Shown piece after piece: positions 35,583 to 46,092 of a DNA stretch of 50,331 nucleotides (positions are counted from its first letter, which is position 1; the number at the start of each line of letters is the position of its first letter). The stretch lies in NCBI GenBank assembly GCA_021781915.1, contig JAJXVX010000001.1, positions 1 through 50,331 on the forward strand, given 5' to 3'. A program made the translations under genes and the position numbers. Source of the DNA: a bacterium. Its GTDB lineage: Bacteria > Patescibacteriota > Saccharimonadia > Saccharimonadales > UBA4665. The notes below the pieces were generated by a model, which saw only the letters and a program-made list of their open reading frames with translations, searched no databases and was not told the DNA's origin.

Positions 35583-38500
35583 TATTCTTTTATATAAATA
35601 TTCTCTTGTCCAACAATACCAGACAGCTCATCTTCAGTTTCATTAGAATAATTAAATCCATAAGGGATCCGGATAGCCTGTTTATTACTTTCATCGCCGA
35701 GAACTAAAACTACCTCGCTCGTACCACTGTTCCCGTCAATTGTTTGTTTAATTTTAACTAGTTTGGCAGTATCGGAACTGTCTGCTAGCCGAATAAACAC
35801 TCGCCGGTTAAGCGGATTTTCGACAACTACCTTTAATGGATTATTAACTACGGCAGATTTAGAACGCCGGGTGGATGGAAGAAATGCTTTGGCTTGCTCA
35901 TAAGTCACTTCGCGAGCATCGTCGACTAACATTTTTTTTGTGTCCGACTCAAAACTAGCCTTCCCTTTAACTATCATTACCCGATCTTTTTGCCATAAGC
36001 CAACAGTTTCAGAATAAGTTTTCGGGAACAGGACTAACTCGATTGAATCATCCATATCTTCCATGCTGGCAAAAGCCATTCTTTTGCCATTTTTGGTCGT
36101 AATCTCTTTAAAATCAGTGATAATACCACCGATAGTAACCGTTCTGTCCTGTTTTGATTTATCAATCGAATTAATCGGAGAAGCTTTCTCGCTCAATATT
36201 GCCCGATAGGACATTAAAGGATGCTCGGATAAATAAAGTCCAAGCAACTCTTTTTCCCACATTAAAATTTGTTTTAGATTAACCTCTCTGTTGATCGGTT
36301 TTAGCTCTAGTTTGGCCCCGTTATTATCATCAACGTTATTAAACATATTAAATAAATCGGCTTGACCAGATTTATTTTCCTTTTGTATGCGAGAGCTAAA
36401 CGACAAAATTAAATCAAGATTTTCTAGTAATTGTTCTCGGCCACCAAACGAATCTAGTGCACCAGATTTTATTAAGCTTTCTAAAGTTTTTTTATTAATT
36501 AGCTTATAGTCAACTCTTCTAATAAAATCACTTAAATCCTTAAAAATTCCTTCTTCACGAATTTTGATAATTTCAGATACAACATTACTGCCAACATTTT
36601 TAATAGCAGCTAGACCAAACCTAATCTTATTTTCTCCAGGAACAATTGAAAACTCAAGAAACGACTGATTAATATCGGGTAGCAAAACCTCTATGCCCAT
36701 GTGTTTACACTCGTTAATTTCAATCGATAACCTATCTAAATCATCATAGTCAGAACTCATCAGAGCTGCCATAAAAGCGACTGGATAATTAGCCTTGAGA
36801 TAAGCGGTTTGGTAAGAGATAAGTCCGTAACACGCAGAATGGGATTTATTAAAACAATAATCCGCAAAACCTAGCAGCTGTACCCAGAAATCAGTAATCA
36901 ACTGTCGGTCAATGCCTCTTTCGACTGCTCCCTCTATAAACCTGGTTTCCATTTTCTGCATCATATCGCGTTTTTTCTTACCGATTGCTTTTCTCAAAGT
37001 ATCAGCTTCAGCACCACTGAAACCACAGACATCTCGAGAAATTTGCATGAACTGCTCCTGATAAACCAATACTCCGTAGGTAGATTCAAGGGCTGATTTC
37101 ATGTTTGGATGCGCGTAAGTGATATCTTCTTGTTTATTTTTACGACGAATATAGCTATCTGTCAGTCCGGCGCTAAGTGGACCAGGACGGTACAAAGCAC
37201 CCATCGCGACAATATCATTAAATTCAGTTGGGCGAAGATCTTTAAGATACTTCTTCATGCCAGAGGATTCAAACTGGAATACCCCAGTAGTGTCACCGCG
37301 CCTTAATAATTCATAGGTTTTCTTATCATTTAGTTTCAAGTTATTTATATCGATGTCTTCAGAATAAACTTTTCGAATAATTCTAAGGGTATTATTAATA
37401 ATGGTTAGGTTAGATAAACCAAGAAAATCCATTTTAAGTAATCCGATTTCTTCTATTGGTGACATTGAGTATTGAGTCGCAACGAAGCCCTTCTGAGCCA
37501 TTTCAAGTGGCGTATAGCGAACTATATCTTCCGGTGCAATCACAACACCAGCTGCGTGTACGCCATGGCTTCTAATCGTACCTTCAAGCTGGAAGGCTAG
37601 GTCAAAAATTTTTTTGGATGAATCGTTTTCGGCGTATTCGGTTTTTAGAACCGGGTCGTTCTTGGTTGAGACGGCTAGTGGAATGTGCCTTCCTTGAACT
37701 GGCGGTGGAATTAACTTGGCTAAACGATCTGCTTCAGAGTAAGGTATGCCTAAAACCCTAGCTACATCACGTACAGCATTTCGAGCCGCCATCCGGCCGA
37801 ATGTTACAATGTTGGCAACTCTGTCTTGACCATATTTTTCAATACAGTATTCAATAACCTCTTGTCGTCGATTATCTTGAATGTCTATATCAATATCAGG
37901 CATGCTAATTCTCTCTGGATTTAAGAATCTTTCGAACAATAGATCATATTTCAACGGATCCAACTCAGTAATCCGTAGACTATAGGCTACTATAGATCCA
38001 GCTGCACTACCTCTGCCAGGACCAAACACAATACCCTTATTTTTACCCCAATTAATAAAATCAGAGATGATTAAAAAGTAACCATTAAAGCCCATCTTGT
38101 CTATAATGCCGAGTTCATACTCGACACGTTCTTTGACGTCATTTGGTAGTTTAGAGTGAATATCGTCTTGAGAAACAAGATTTTGCGATTTTTCGTCTAG
38201 GTATCTCTTTTTTAAACCATGATAAACCTGTTCATGTAAATATTCTTTTTCTGTTAGATTATTTTCGAGAGGAAAGGTAGGTATTAATAAGTTGCCAAGA
38301 GAAATTTCAATCGAACAACGATCGGCTATTTTTTTAGAATTCAATATTACTTCTGGGTGTTCATCGCCCCAACGCTCAATAAGTTCTGTTGGATTAGTAA
38401 CATGAAGGTCGAACTCTTTTAGGCTCATCCGATTTTGATCATCTAGTAATGAACCTGTCTGTACGCACAGTAAAATCTCGTGAGCAGTTTGATCATCTTC

Positions 38501-39178
38501 ACTTAAATAGTGAGCATCACAGGTCAAAACACAATCGACACCCATCTCTTGACCTATTTTTAGTAGTTTATCATTGACTGCCACTTGCTCATCCCAGAAC
38601 TTAGGATGAGAAGGATGTCCATGATCCTGAATCTCCAGATAATAACGATCGCCAAAAACATTTCGATACCAATTAATTACTTCTTTAGCTTCTTTGATTT
38701 GGTTTTGACGGAGTAAATCGCCAACCTCGCCACCTATACATCCAGATAAGCAGATTAATCCTTCGCTATATAATTCTAGTGTTTTTTTGTCTAGCCTTGG
38801 CTTGTAATAGAATCCTTCCAAATTTGCCAAAGTAGAAAGTTTCATTAAATTTTGATAACCTTGGTTATTCATTGCTAAAAGCGTCAAATGATAATTCTGT
38901 TTATCTTTTGAAACGTCACGATCAGACATCGATCGAGTAGCCATGTAAGTTTCAATGCCTATAATCGGCTTTACTTTGTTATCAAGACATTCTTTATAAA
39001 ACTCAATCGATCCGCCCATCGTACCATGATCTGTTATAGCAATAGCTTCCATGCCAACATCTTTAACAAACTTAACCAGAGGTGGAATTTTAGTTAGTCC
39101 ATCCAACAGCGAGTACTGTGTGTGATTGTGTAGGTGGACATAGTCCGATGATTTTAGCTTGTTTTTATTTGACCCCAT
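35579..39178 (-). CDS. dnaE: DNA polymerase III alpha subunit
   Basis: PHP domain (HLHNHTQYSLLDG), polymerase core (...GRGSAAGS..., PDIDIDI) and an OB fold near the C-terminus. The start is set at ATG 39178, preceded by GGGGAG. The ORF-track TTG at 39217 lies inside a promoter-like TTGTATAAT. Confidence 0.95.
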   Translation of the reverse strand: MGSNKNKLKSSDYVHLHNHTQYSLLDGLTKIPPLVKFVKDVGMEAIAITDHGTMGGSIEFYKECLDNKVKPIIGIETYMATRSMSDRDVSKDKQNYHLTLLAMNNQGYQNLMKLSTLANLEGFYYKPRLDKKTLELYSEGLICLSGCIGGEVGDLLRQNQIKEAKEVINWYRNVFGDRYYLEIQDHGHPSHPKFWDEQVAVNDKLLKIGQEMGVDCVLTCDAHYLSEDDQTAHEILLCVQTGSLLDDQNRMSLKEFDLHVTNPTELIERWGDEHPEVILNSKKIADRCSIEISLGNLLIPTFPLENNLTEKEYLHEQVYHGLKKRYLDEKSQNLVSQDDIHSKLPNDVKERVEYELGIIDKMGFNGYFLIISDFINWGKNKGIVFGPGRGSAAGSIVAYSLRITELDPLKYDLLFERFLNPERISMPDIDIDIQDNRRQEVIEYCIEKYGQDRVANIVTFGRMAARNAVRDVARVLGIPYSEADRLAKLIPPPVQGRHIPLAVSTKNDPVLKTEYAENDSSKKIFDLAFQLEGTIRSHGVHAAGVVIAPEDIVRYTPLEMAQKGFVATQYSMSPIEEIGLLKMDFLGLSNLTIINNTLRIIRKVYSEDIDINNLKLNDKKTYELLRRGDTTGVFQFESSGMKKYLKDLRPTEFNDIVAMGALYRPGPLSAGLTDSYIRRKNKQEDITYAHPNMKSALESTYGVLVYQEQFMQISRDVCGFSGAEADTLRKAIGKKKRDMMQKMETRFIEGAVERGIDRQLITDFWVQLLGFADYCFNKSHSACYGLISYQTAYLKANYPVAFMAALMSSDYDDLDRLSIEINECKHMGIEVLLPDINQSFLEFSIVPGENKIRFGLAAIKNVGSNVVSEIIKIREEGIFKDLSDFIRRVDYKLINKKTLESLIKSGALDSFGGREQLLENLDLILSFSSRIQKENKSGQADLFNMFNNVDDNNGAKLELKPINREVNLKQILMWEKELLGLYLSEHPLMSYRAILSEKASPINSIDKSKQDRTVTIGGIITDFKEITTKNGKRMAFASMEDMDDSIELVLFPKTYSETVGLWQKDRVMIVKGKASFESDTKKMLVDDAREVTYEQAKAFLPSTRRSKSAVVNNPLKVVVENPLNRRVFIRLADSSDTAKLVKIKQTIDGNSGTSEVVLVLGDESNKQAIRIPYGFNYSNETEDELSGIVGQENIYIKEY

Positions 39179-39267
39179 AACTCCCCTTATGGAAAAAAGT
39201 GTATCTAAATTATACAAAACTAAAGCAATAAAAAACTAGACTTAAATTAACAACACCCGCAAAATAA

Positions 39268-39459
39268 CTATTTAAAAAACAGATTAGACAGTTTGTCTTT
39301 CATCTTAGATAAGTTTTCGATCTTTCTTTCAGTATCATCAGTTATTTTCTTGGCTTTTTTAAGAATTTTAAAAATCCAGCTAAATATTACTACTAACATC
39401 ACAAAAACCAATAACTCTAAAATCATCATGATTGTAGTTATAACTTCTAAATAGTGCAT
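39268..39459 (-). CDS. Small hypothetical membrane protein (63 aa)
   Basis: One hydrophobic helix (ITTIMMILELLVFVMLVVIFSWIF) followed by a charged helix. It fills an otherwise empty gap between galU and dnaE on the same strand. Coding status is unproven. Confidence 0.35.
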   Translation of the reverse strand: MHYLEVITTIMMILELLVFVMLVVIFSWIFKILKKAKKITDDTERKIENLSKMKDKLSNLFFK

Positions 39460-39491
39460 AAGCTCATTCTAATTCTAAAAATAGAAAAATA

Positions 39492-40388
39492 CTATTTTAA
39501 TTTATCTTTTAAATATTCGCCCAGTTCTTGACCGATGTCTTTACGTTGAAGCGCAAAATCAAAAACAGTCTTCAGATAATCTAGTACATTTCCTGTATCA
39601 TATCTTTTCGAGTTCTTAATCTCATAAGCATACACCGAGACTCCATCTTGAATCATTGGTTCAATAATATAATCGGTTGCGAAAAACTCTTTATTCTTTG
39701 GAATATTTTGATTAGCCTTCTTTACGTACTTCATAACTTCCGGAGAAAACAAATATCCAACCACAGATGCTAGGTTTGACGGAGCGTTTTTCTTACCAGG
39801 TTTTTCAATAATTTGATTAACTTTCAAAACCCCATCATAAAATTTTTCTCCCGATATAATACCGTAACGATCGAAGTCTTTATCATCGTTTACTGTTATA
39901 CAAGGCATGATTGTGCTTTCTAGCTCATAATAAAGATCAATCAGTTGTTTGAAGGGGTTGGGTTTAGAAATAATTAGATCATCTGCAAAAGTGTAGATGA
40001 AAGGTTCATCGCCAATTAAATGAGCGGCATTCGAAATTGGCGTAGCGGTGCCGTAAGGACCTTTTTGCCTAACATAAGCGAAGTTAGCTAGATTAGCAAT
40101 TTTTTCCAGATCATCTATGTAATGTTTTTTAGAAGGGCCACCACTAATCAAATTATTTAGCAAATCTTGATTGGGACTATCGAAATGATCTTCGATACTT
40201 CTTTTAGAATATCCGTTAACAATAATAATGTCTTTGATACCTGCCTCAACTAAATCCTCTACAACGTACTGTATCACCGGTTTATCTACTAGGGGGAGCA
40301 TTTCTTTAGGCATTGCCTTAGTCTGAGGTAAAAATCTAGTACCGAACCCGGCGGCGGCGATAACTGCTTTAGTAACTTTTTTGACCAT
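39492..40388 (-). CDS. galU: UTP--glucose-1-phosphate uridylyltransferase
   Basis: 298 aa, AVIAAAGFGTRFLPQTKAMPKEMLPLVDKPVIQYVVEDL... (the GalU GxGTRxLPxTK signature). Confidence 0.88.
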   Translation of the reverse strand: MVKKVTKAVIAAAGFGTRFLPQTKAMPKEMLPLVDKPVIQYVVEDLVEAGIKDIIIVNGYSKRSIEDHFDSPNQDLLNNLISGGPSKKHYIDDLEKIANLANFAYVRQKGPYGTATPISNAAHLIGDEPFIYTFADDLIISKPNPFKQLIDLYYELESTIMPCITVNDDKDFDRYGIISGEKFYDGVLKVNQIIEKPGKKNAPSNLASVVGYLFSPEVMKYVKKANQNIPKNKEFFATDYIIEPMIQDGVSVYAYEIKNSKRYDTGNVLDYLKTVFDFALQRKDIGQELGEYLKDKLK

Positions 40389-40401
40389 CTTCGTTATTCC
40401 C

Positions 40402-41889
40402 TTATTTTAATAAATTAATTTCTTGGCTGATTAGTTGATTTACGATCTGTGGGTTAGCCTGACCTTTAGTTTCTTTCATAATTTGTCCGACCAAAAACCC
40501 GACTGCTTTTGTCTCGCCTAGTAAAATATCATTGACTACTTTTGGGTTTTTTTGAATAACGCTCTTAACAATAACAGCTAACTCATCCTGATTAGAATTT
40601 TGTAGATAACCACTGTCTTTGGCCCATTGTAATATATCACTGATTTTATCTTTCGAAATTAATAATTCCCCTATTAGTTCAGTTAATTTAGTTGAGTTTA
40701 TCTGTCCAGTTATCTTTAGAGAATAGGCTGCTTCAAATACATTCTGCCGTGTTTGACTTGAAATAATAAGATTTTCGCCAGCCTCTTCGCTACGCTCTAG
40801 TAATGGTAGCTCAATGTTCATAATCCAATTGGCATAGGTCTTAGCCTTATCGGTTTCATCTATGGCTTGGTCAATTAAACTAAGTGGCGAGCTATCATAG
40901 TCCGCTTCAGCCAAAAGAAGCAGATTAGTCGTTTCAAGTTCTAGTCCCAAAGATATTAATTTATTACGCCAGAGCTGAGCCGAAACTGGCATAGTTTTTT
41001 TATTAGATAGCAGCTCGTCTTTAGTGATTATTATGGGTGGGATGTCTGGGTCGGGCATATATCTATAGTCATCGGCGTTTTCTTTGATTCTTTGAGTAAA
41101 TGAAACCTGTTTAGCGTCATTCCATCCCCTAGTCTCCTGCCTAATCTGACCGCCTTTTTCCAGAATTTCTATTTGACGGATTACCTCATAATCAATCGAT
41201 TTTTCGACTGCTCTAAAACTATTCAAATTTTTTGTTTCAGTCCTCGTTCCCAAATCATCGGTCTTTGAAACAGACACATTAACATCAAACCTCATATTGC
41301 CATAAAACAAATTGACATCTGATACCTTAGCGAACTTCATGGCCAAATACAAATTAAAGCAATACTCTTTGGCCTCAGCAGAAGTATGCATTTGAGGTTC
41401 TGATACTATTTCAAGCAAAGGTGCGCCGGCTCGATTTAAATCAACTAAACTATAATTAGCGCCAGCCGGATGAGTACTTTTACCAGCATCAGCTTCAAGG
41501 TGAGCTCTGGTAATTTCAATTCTTTTTATCTGACCGTCTGAAATTATTTCGACGTAACCTCCCTTTAATATAGGATATTCAAATTGAGTGATCTGGTATC
41601 CCATCGGCAAATCGGGATAAAAATAATGTTTTCGATCAAACTTAGAAAAGACTTGAGCTTCGGTATTAAGGGCATAACCAGCTCTAATAGCTAGCGTAAT
41701 GGCTTCCCGATTGACGAATGGCAATGCGCCTGGTAAACCAAAATCTATATGATTGGTCTGATGATTAACTGTATTAGTAGTTGAATCGTTGATACTGCCT
41801 GAAAATAACTTAGTTTTCGTATTTAACTGGACATGGCACTCTATACCAATCGTAACTTTATATGAATCTCGGACTTTTTGTTCGATCAT
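40402..41889 (-). CDS. gatB: Asp/Glu-tRNA amidotransferase subunit B
   Basis: 495 aa with ...IGIECHVQLNTKTKLF..., ...DLNRAGAPLLEIVSEP... and a C-terminal YqeY-like tail. Its start overlaps the stop of the preceding ORF (ATGA). Confidence 0.95.
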   Translation of the reverse strand: MIEQKVRDSYKVTIGIECHVQLNTKTKLFSGSINDSTTNTVNHQTNHIDFGLPGALPFVNREAITLAIRAGYALNTEAQVFSKFDRKHYFYPDLPMGYQITQFEYPILKGGYVEIISDGQIKRIEITRAHLEADAGKSTHPAGANYSLVDLNRAGAPLLEIVSEPQMHTSAEAKEYCFNLYLAMKFAKVSDVNLFYGNMRFDVNVSVSKTDDLGTRTETKNLNSFRAVEKSIDYEVIRQIEILEKGGQIRQETRGWNDAKQVSFTQRIKENADDYRYMPDPDIPPIIITKDELLSNKKTMPVSAQLWRNKLISLGLELETTNLLLLAEADYDSSPLSLIDQAIDETDKAKTYANWIMNIELPLLERSEEAGENLIISSQTRQNVFEAAYSLKITGQINSTKLTELIGELLISKDKISDILQWAKDSGYLQNSNQDELAVIVKSVIQKNPKVVNDILLGETKAVGFLVGQIMKETKGQANPQIVNQLISQEINLLK

Positions 41890-42305
41890 TTCTTATCGTC
41901 CTTTAGTAATTCTAAATCTATTAAGGATTGGCGGCAGGAGTGTATTAAACGTAAAACGGTATCTTTATCTTCGAGTAATGTTTTATCATCCAAAATTTGA
42001 GTGGCTAATTTATGACAAAACCAAACATCATCATTATTAGAAAATTTGTGTTGGGCTGAGACGATTTTTTCACCAGCACTGTGGCCTTTAAAATGTTTAA
42101 ACTTAAGAGTGTCAATGATTAATTTATCAGCTTCAACGGCAAACTGAGACCATTTATTTTTTTTACTGACCAGCTTCATTAATGAATTCCACCTCTTAAT
42201 CAATCTTTTTTTCTGTAAATTTTGACGATAAATTAAATAGAATACCGTAATTAAAATAATTAAAGCAGCTGAAATCACTAAGACTAATTTTGAATTGCTG
42301 ATCAT
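41886..42305 (-). CDS. Hypothetical single-pass membrane protein (139 aa) embedded in the gat operon
   Basis: N-terminal TM helix (LVLVISAALIILITVFYLIY) followed by a roughly 110-aa soluble domain. It has ATGA stop/start overlaps with gatA upstream and gatB downstream. Confidence 0.5.
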   Translation of the reverse strand: MISNSKLVLVISAALIILITVFYLIYRQNLQKKRLIKRWNSLMKLVSKKNKWSQFAVEADKLIIDTLKFKHFKGHSAGEKIVSAQHKFSNNDDVWFCHKLATQILDDKTLLEDKDTVLRLIHSCRQSLIDLELLKDDKK

Positions 42306-43732
42306 TTAAATTGCCTCTCGACTATTTCGGATACTTGTAATAATTGTCTATCAGCCTTAAAAGGTGCCATAATTTGAAATCCAACAGGTAAATCATCTAT
42401 CATCCCAACCGGCAATGAAATCGCCGGAATCCCAGTCAGATTTGCGGCAACAGTCATAACATCTGAAAGATACATCTTTAATGGATCATCGGTTTTTTCA
42501 CCAATTTTAAACGGTAAATCTGGTGATACCGGACTAACTAAAAAATCAACGGCCGAAAAAGCCTGTTTAAATTCATTAATCAATTTAGTTCTGACTTGTT
42601 GAGCTTTTTTATAGTATGCATCGTAATAACCACTACTTAGAACATAAGTACCAATCATAATTCTACGTTTTGCCTCAGCGCCAAAACCTTCAGATCGAGA
42701 CTTCAAATAATAATCCTCTAGGTCAACAGCCGAATCATCATGATGACCATATCTAATACCATCATAGCGACTTAGATTAGAGCTAACTTCTGCTGGGCAA
42801 ACTATATAGTAGACCGCTAAAGAAAGATCGATTGAAGGAATCGAGATATCGACAATTTCCGCTCCAAGTTTTTTTAAACTATCGATTACTTCCTGCGTAC
42901 GAATTTTAATCTTATCGTTTAAGCCTTCGTTCATGAGATCATTTAAAACACCTATTTTGACACCTTTAAGATCTTTTAGTGGCTCAAAATTCCCATATCC
43001 ATCCTTATCTTTTTCAATCATGGTTGAATCAAGTTGATCGGGTCCACTCATAACATCTAAGATTAGTGCGCCATCAGATACGTTGTTAGTTAGAGGCCCT
43101 ATCACATCGAGACTTGACGCCATTGCTACTACACCGCTCCTAGATACTAACCCATAGCTTGGCTTGATGCCGACAACATTACAAAAGCTAGCTGGTGTAC
43201 GAATTGATCCGCCAGTATCACTACCGAGTGAAAATGGCGCCATATCAAGCGCAACAGCTGCTGCCGAACCACCAGACGAACCGCCGGCTACCCGTGTTTC
43301 ATTAAACGGATTCTTAGTAATCATAAAATCACTATTTTCAGTCGACGCACCATGCGCAAAAGCATCTAAGTTAGCCTTGCCAACTAAAATAGCACCTTCA
43401 TCTAATAACCGAGTGATAGACGTTGCCTGATAAGGAGCCTTGAAGTTCCGAAGCATGTTAGATCCAGCCGTTGTATAACCATCGAAGGTTAAAAAATTAT
43501 CTTTTGCAATAAAAGGGATGCCCGCTAGTCTTCCGACGTCTTGTCCGTTTTTTATCTTATTATCAATCTCAGTAGCTCGAGCATAAGCTTGCTCTTTTAA
43601 TTCTGAAATTAACACATTAAAATGTCGATTTTTATCTATAAAAGAAAAAGCTTTATCGACTAAATCTTTAGCACTAACCTGTCCACTTTTTACTTGTTTT
43701 ACTAATACATCGATAGAAGGCCAATTACTCAT
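42302..43732 (-). CDS. gatA: Asp/Glu-tRNA amidotransferase subunit A
   Basis: 476 aa with the amidase signature GGSSGGSAAAVA and ...GSDTGGSIRTPAS.... Confidence 0.95.
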   Translation of the reverse strand: MSNWPSIDVLVKQVKSGQVSAKDLVDKAFSFIDKNRHFNVLISELKEQAYARATEIDNKIKNGQDVGRLAGIPFIAKDNFLTFDGYTTAGSNMLRNFKAPYQATSITRLLDEGAILVGKANLDAFAHGASTENSDFMITKNPFNETRVAGGSSGGSAAAVALDMAPFSLGSDTGGSIRTPASFCNVVGIKPSYGLVSRSGVVAMASSLDVIGPLTNNVSDGALILDVMSGPDQLDSTMIEKDKDGYGNFEPLKDLKGVKIGVLNDLMNEGLNDKIKIRTQEVIDSLKKLGAEIVDISIPSIDLSLAVYYIVCPAEVSSNLSRYDGIRYGHHDDSAVDLEDYYLKSRSEGFGAEAKRRIMIGTYVLSSGYYDAYYKKAQQVRTKLINEFKQAFSAVDFLVSPVSPDLPFKIGEKTDDPLKMYLSDVMTVAANLTGIPAISLPVGMIDDLPVGFQIMAPFKADRQLLQVSEIVERQFK

Positions 43733-43748
43733 AAAACCAATTAGACCT

Positions 43749-44051
43749 TTAACTTTCGCTCAACATTTTAGGTACTTTAATATAGTCACCTTCACTATAA
43801 GGCACATTGCTCATTAACTCTGTAATATCGTAACCATAGTCGGTCGGATTGTCCTCCCGAAGTACAGATTCTAGTCCAGTCACCTGATCTGATACTTCCA
43901 GATTATCAACCTTGGCCTCAGATAATTTGGACACAAAATCAATAATCGAAGAAAGTTCTTTTTGCATCTCATCGACTTCTTTGTCCGATAAAATTAGCCT
44001 GGATAATTTTGCCAATTTTAATATCTCGTCTCGGGATAGAGTGTTTGCCAT
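43749..44051 (-). CDS. gatC: Asp/Glu-tRNA amidotransferase subunit C
   Basis: MANTLSRDEILKLAKLSRLILSDKEVDEMQKELSSIIDFV... is a typical GatC. I prefer the ATG at 44051 over the ORF-track TTG at 44069. Confidence 0.85.
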   Translation of the reverse strand: MANTLSRDEILKLAKLSRLILSDKEVDEMQKELSSIIDFVSKLSEAKVDNLEVSDQVTGLESVLREDNPTDYGYDITELMSNVPYSEGDYIKVPKMLSES

Positions 44052-44072
44052 TTGGATGTATTGTAGCAAATA

Positions 44073-46055
44073 TTATCTTGAATGTTTAATTTTTTTATCT
44101 GATTCAAGCGACTTTATAATATCTCTTAGTTCTGCCGCTAACTCAAACTCTAGATTAGCCGAAGCTAATTCCATTTGTGAGGTTAAGTCGGTAATTATTG
44201 TGCCGTACTCTTCCTTAGGAATCTTTTTAAGATTAAGCTTTGTTTGCTTAGCTTCCTCGGACATGACTCCATGCATCGTTTCTTCAACCTCTCTAGAGAT
44301 GGTTTTCGGCGTAATGTGATTGAGTTGATTATAACGAAGTTGTATCTCTCGATTAGAATTAGTTAGATCAATGCACCTCTTCATGCTATCGGTTATTCGG
44401 TCAGCATACATAATGACTCGGCCGTCAACATGCCTAGCCGCTCGACCGGCTGTTTGAATTAAAGCTGTATCACTTCTAAGAAATCCTTCTTTATCTGCAT
44501 CGAGGATTAGTACTAAGCTAACTTCCGGCAAGTCTATACCTTCTCTTAATAGGTTAATCCCCACTAACACATCAAAGACTCCAAGTCTAATATCTCTTAA
44601 AATATCGGTTCTATCCAAAGTATCAACGTCACTGTGAATGTAAGCTACTTTGATACCGGCCTCATTGAGATATTCGGTTAAGTCTTCAGCCATTCTTTTG
44701 GTCAAAGTAGTTATCAGGACTCTTTGGTTTTTTTTAATGTTATCTCTAATCTCAGCAATCACATCGTCTATTTGATTATTAGTCGGCCGAATCTCAATTT
44801 CAGGATCGAGTAAGCCAGTCGGTCTAATTAACTGTGAGACGATTAAATTATTTGAGTCCTTAATCTCATAGTCAGCTGGCGTAGCGGAGACATAAAGTAC
44901 ATTGTTCATATGTTTTTCAAACTCCAGAAAAGTTAAAGGTCGGTTGTCTAAAGCACTAGGTAGGCGAAAACCATATTCAACAAGCGTTTCTTTTCTAGCT
45001 CGGTCTCCATTGTACATACCCTTAATTTGTGGAACTGTCATGTGCGATTCATCGATAATCATCAGATAATCATCTGGAAAATAATCCATTAAAGTCGCCG
45101 GTTGCTCGCCTTCCTCACGATTAGTTAAATAACGGGAGTAATTTTCAATACCCTTGACAAAGCCAGTCTGTTCGAGCATCTCAAGATCGAAATTAGTTCT
45201 TTGAGTAATACGTTGAATCTCAAGCAATTTATTTTGGCCTTTAAAAAATTTAATTCGACTATCAAGCTCTTCTCTTATTTTACCGATTGACATCTTGACC
45301 TTATCTTGTGTTGTAACATAATGTGAATTTGGATAGATAGTGTAAGAATCTAGTTTTCTTAAAATCTCGCCGGTCAAAGGATTAAATTGAAGAATACGTT
45401 CAATGGTTTCACCGTACATATCTATTCGATAGGCCACTTCTTCGCCGGCTGGGTAGATATCAAGAACATCGCCTTTAACTCGAAAAATACCTCGGTGAAA
45501 GTCTATTTCATTTCTTTGATATTGAATATCGGTCAGCTGACGAATTAACTTATCTCTCAATCTCTTTTGACCAACTTTTAGTTTAATTGACAAATCAGCG
45601 TAGTCATCAACCGATCCAATTCCGTAAATACAACTAACGCTAGCTACAATGATTACATCTTTTCTAGATAAAAGTGCGTCAGTCGCAGCATGTCTTAAAC
45701 GATCGATTTCTTCGTTAATCTTAGAATCTTTTTCTATATAGACATCCGACCGAGCAATATAAGCTTCTGGTTGGTAATAATCAAAATAAGAAACAAAATA
45801 ATGAACGGCCGCATCGGGAAAAAAATGTTTAAATTCATTATAAAGTTGAGCAGCTAAAGTTTTATTATGGGAAACCACTAGGGTTGGTTTATTTAATTTT
45901 TCTATCACATTGGCCATCGTAAATGTCTTTCCAGAACCAGTAACACCCCGAAGAACTTGGCGTGAACGCCCTCGATCAAAATTTGACACAATAGTCTCAA
46001 TAGCCTGGGGCTGATCCCCGGTGGGTTTAAATGAACTTTTTATCTTAAGTGCCAT
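44073..46055 (-). CDS. uvrB: Excinuclease ABC subunit B
   Basis: 660 aa with GVTGSGKTFTMA, DESHMTVPQ, the beta-hairpin region YYQPEAY and a C-terminal UVR domain (...FELAAELRD...). Confidence 0.97.
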   Translation of the reverse strand: MALKIKSSFKPTGDQPQAIETIVSNFDRGRSRQVLRGVTGSGKTFTMANVIEKLNKPTLVVSHNKTLAAQLYNEFKHFFPDAAVHYFVSYFDYYQPEAYIARSDVYIEKDSKINEEIDRLRHAATDALLSRKDVIIVASVSCIYGIGSVDDYADLSIKLKVGQKRLRDKLIRQLTDIQYQRNEIDFHRGIFRVKGDVLDIYPAGEEVAYRIDMYGETIERILQFNPLTGEILRKLDSYTIYPNSHYVTTQDKVKMSIGKIREELDSRIKFFKGQNKLLEIQRITQRTNFDLEMLEQTGFVKGIENYSRYLTNREEGEQPATLMDYFPDDYLMIIDESHMTVPQIKGMYNGDRARKETLVEYGFRLPSALDNRPLTFLEFEKHMNNVLYVSATPADYEIKDSNNLIVSQLIRPTGLLDPEIEIRPTNNQIDDVIAEIRDNIKKNQRVLITTLTKRMAEDLTEYLNEAGIKVAYIHSDVDTLDRTDILRDIRLGVFDVLVGINLLREGIDLPEVSLVLILDADKEGFLRSDTALIQTAGRAARHVDGRVIMYADRITDSMKRCIDLTNSNREIQLRYNQLNHITPKTISREVEETMHGVMSEEAKQTKLNLKKIPKEEYGTIITDLTSQMELASANLEFELAAELRDIIKSLESDKKIKHSR

Positions 46056-46092
46056 TAAGATAATTTTAACAGATTAATCTGAAAGGATTGAC

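Noticed and set aside
39179-39217. TTG start for dnaE at 39217, and likewise TTG starts for gatC (44069) and rplS (32525)
   Set aside because: In each case an ATG slightly downstream gives the family-typical N-terminus. The TTG lies within promoter-like or spacer sequence.
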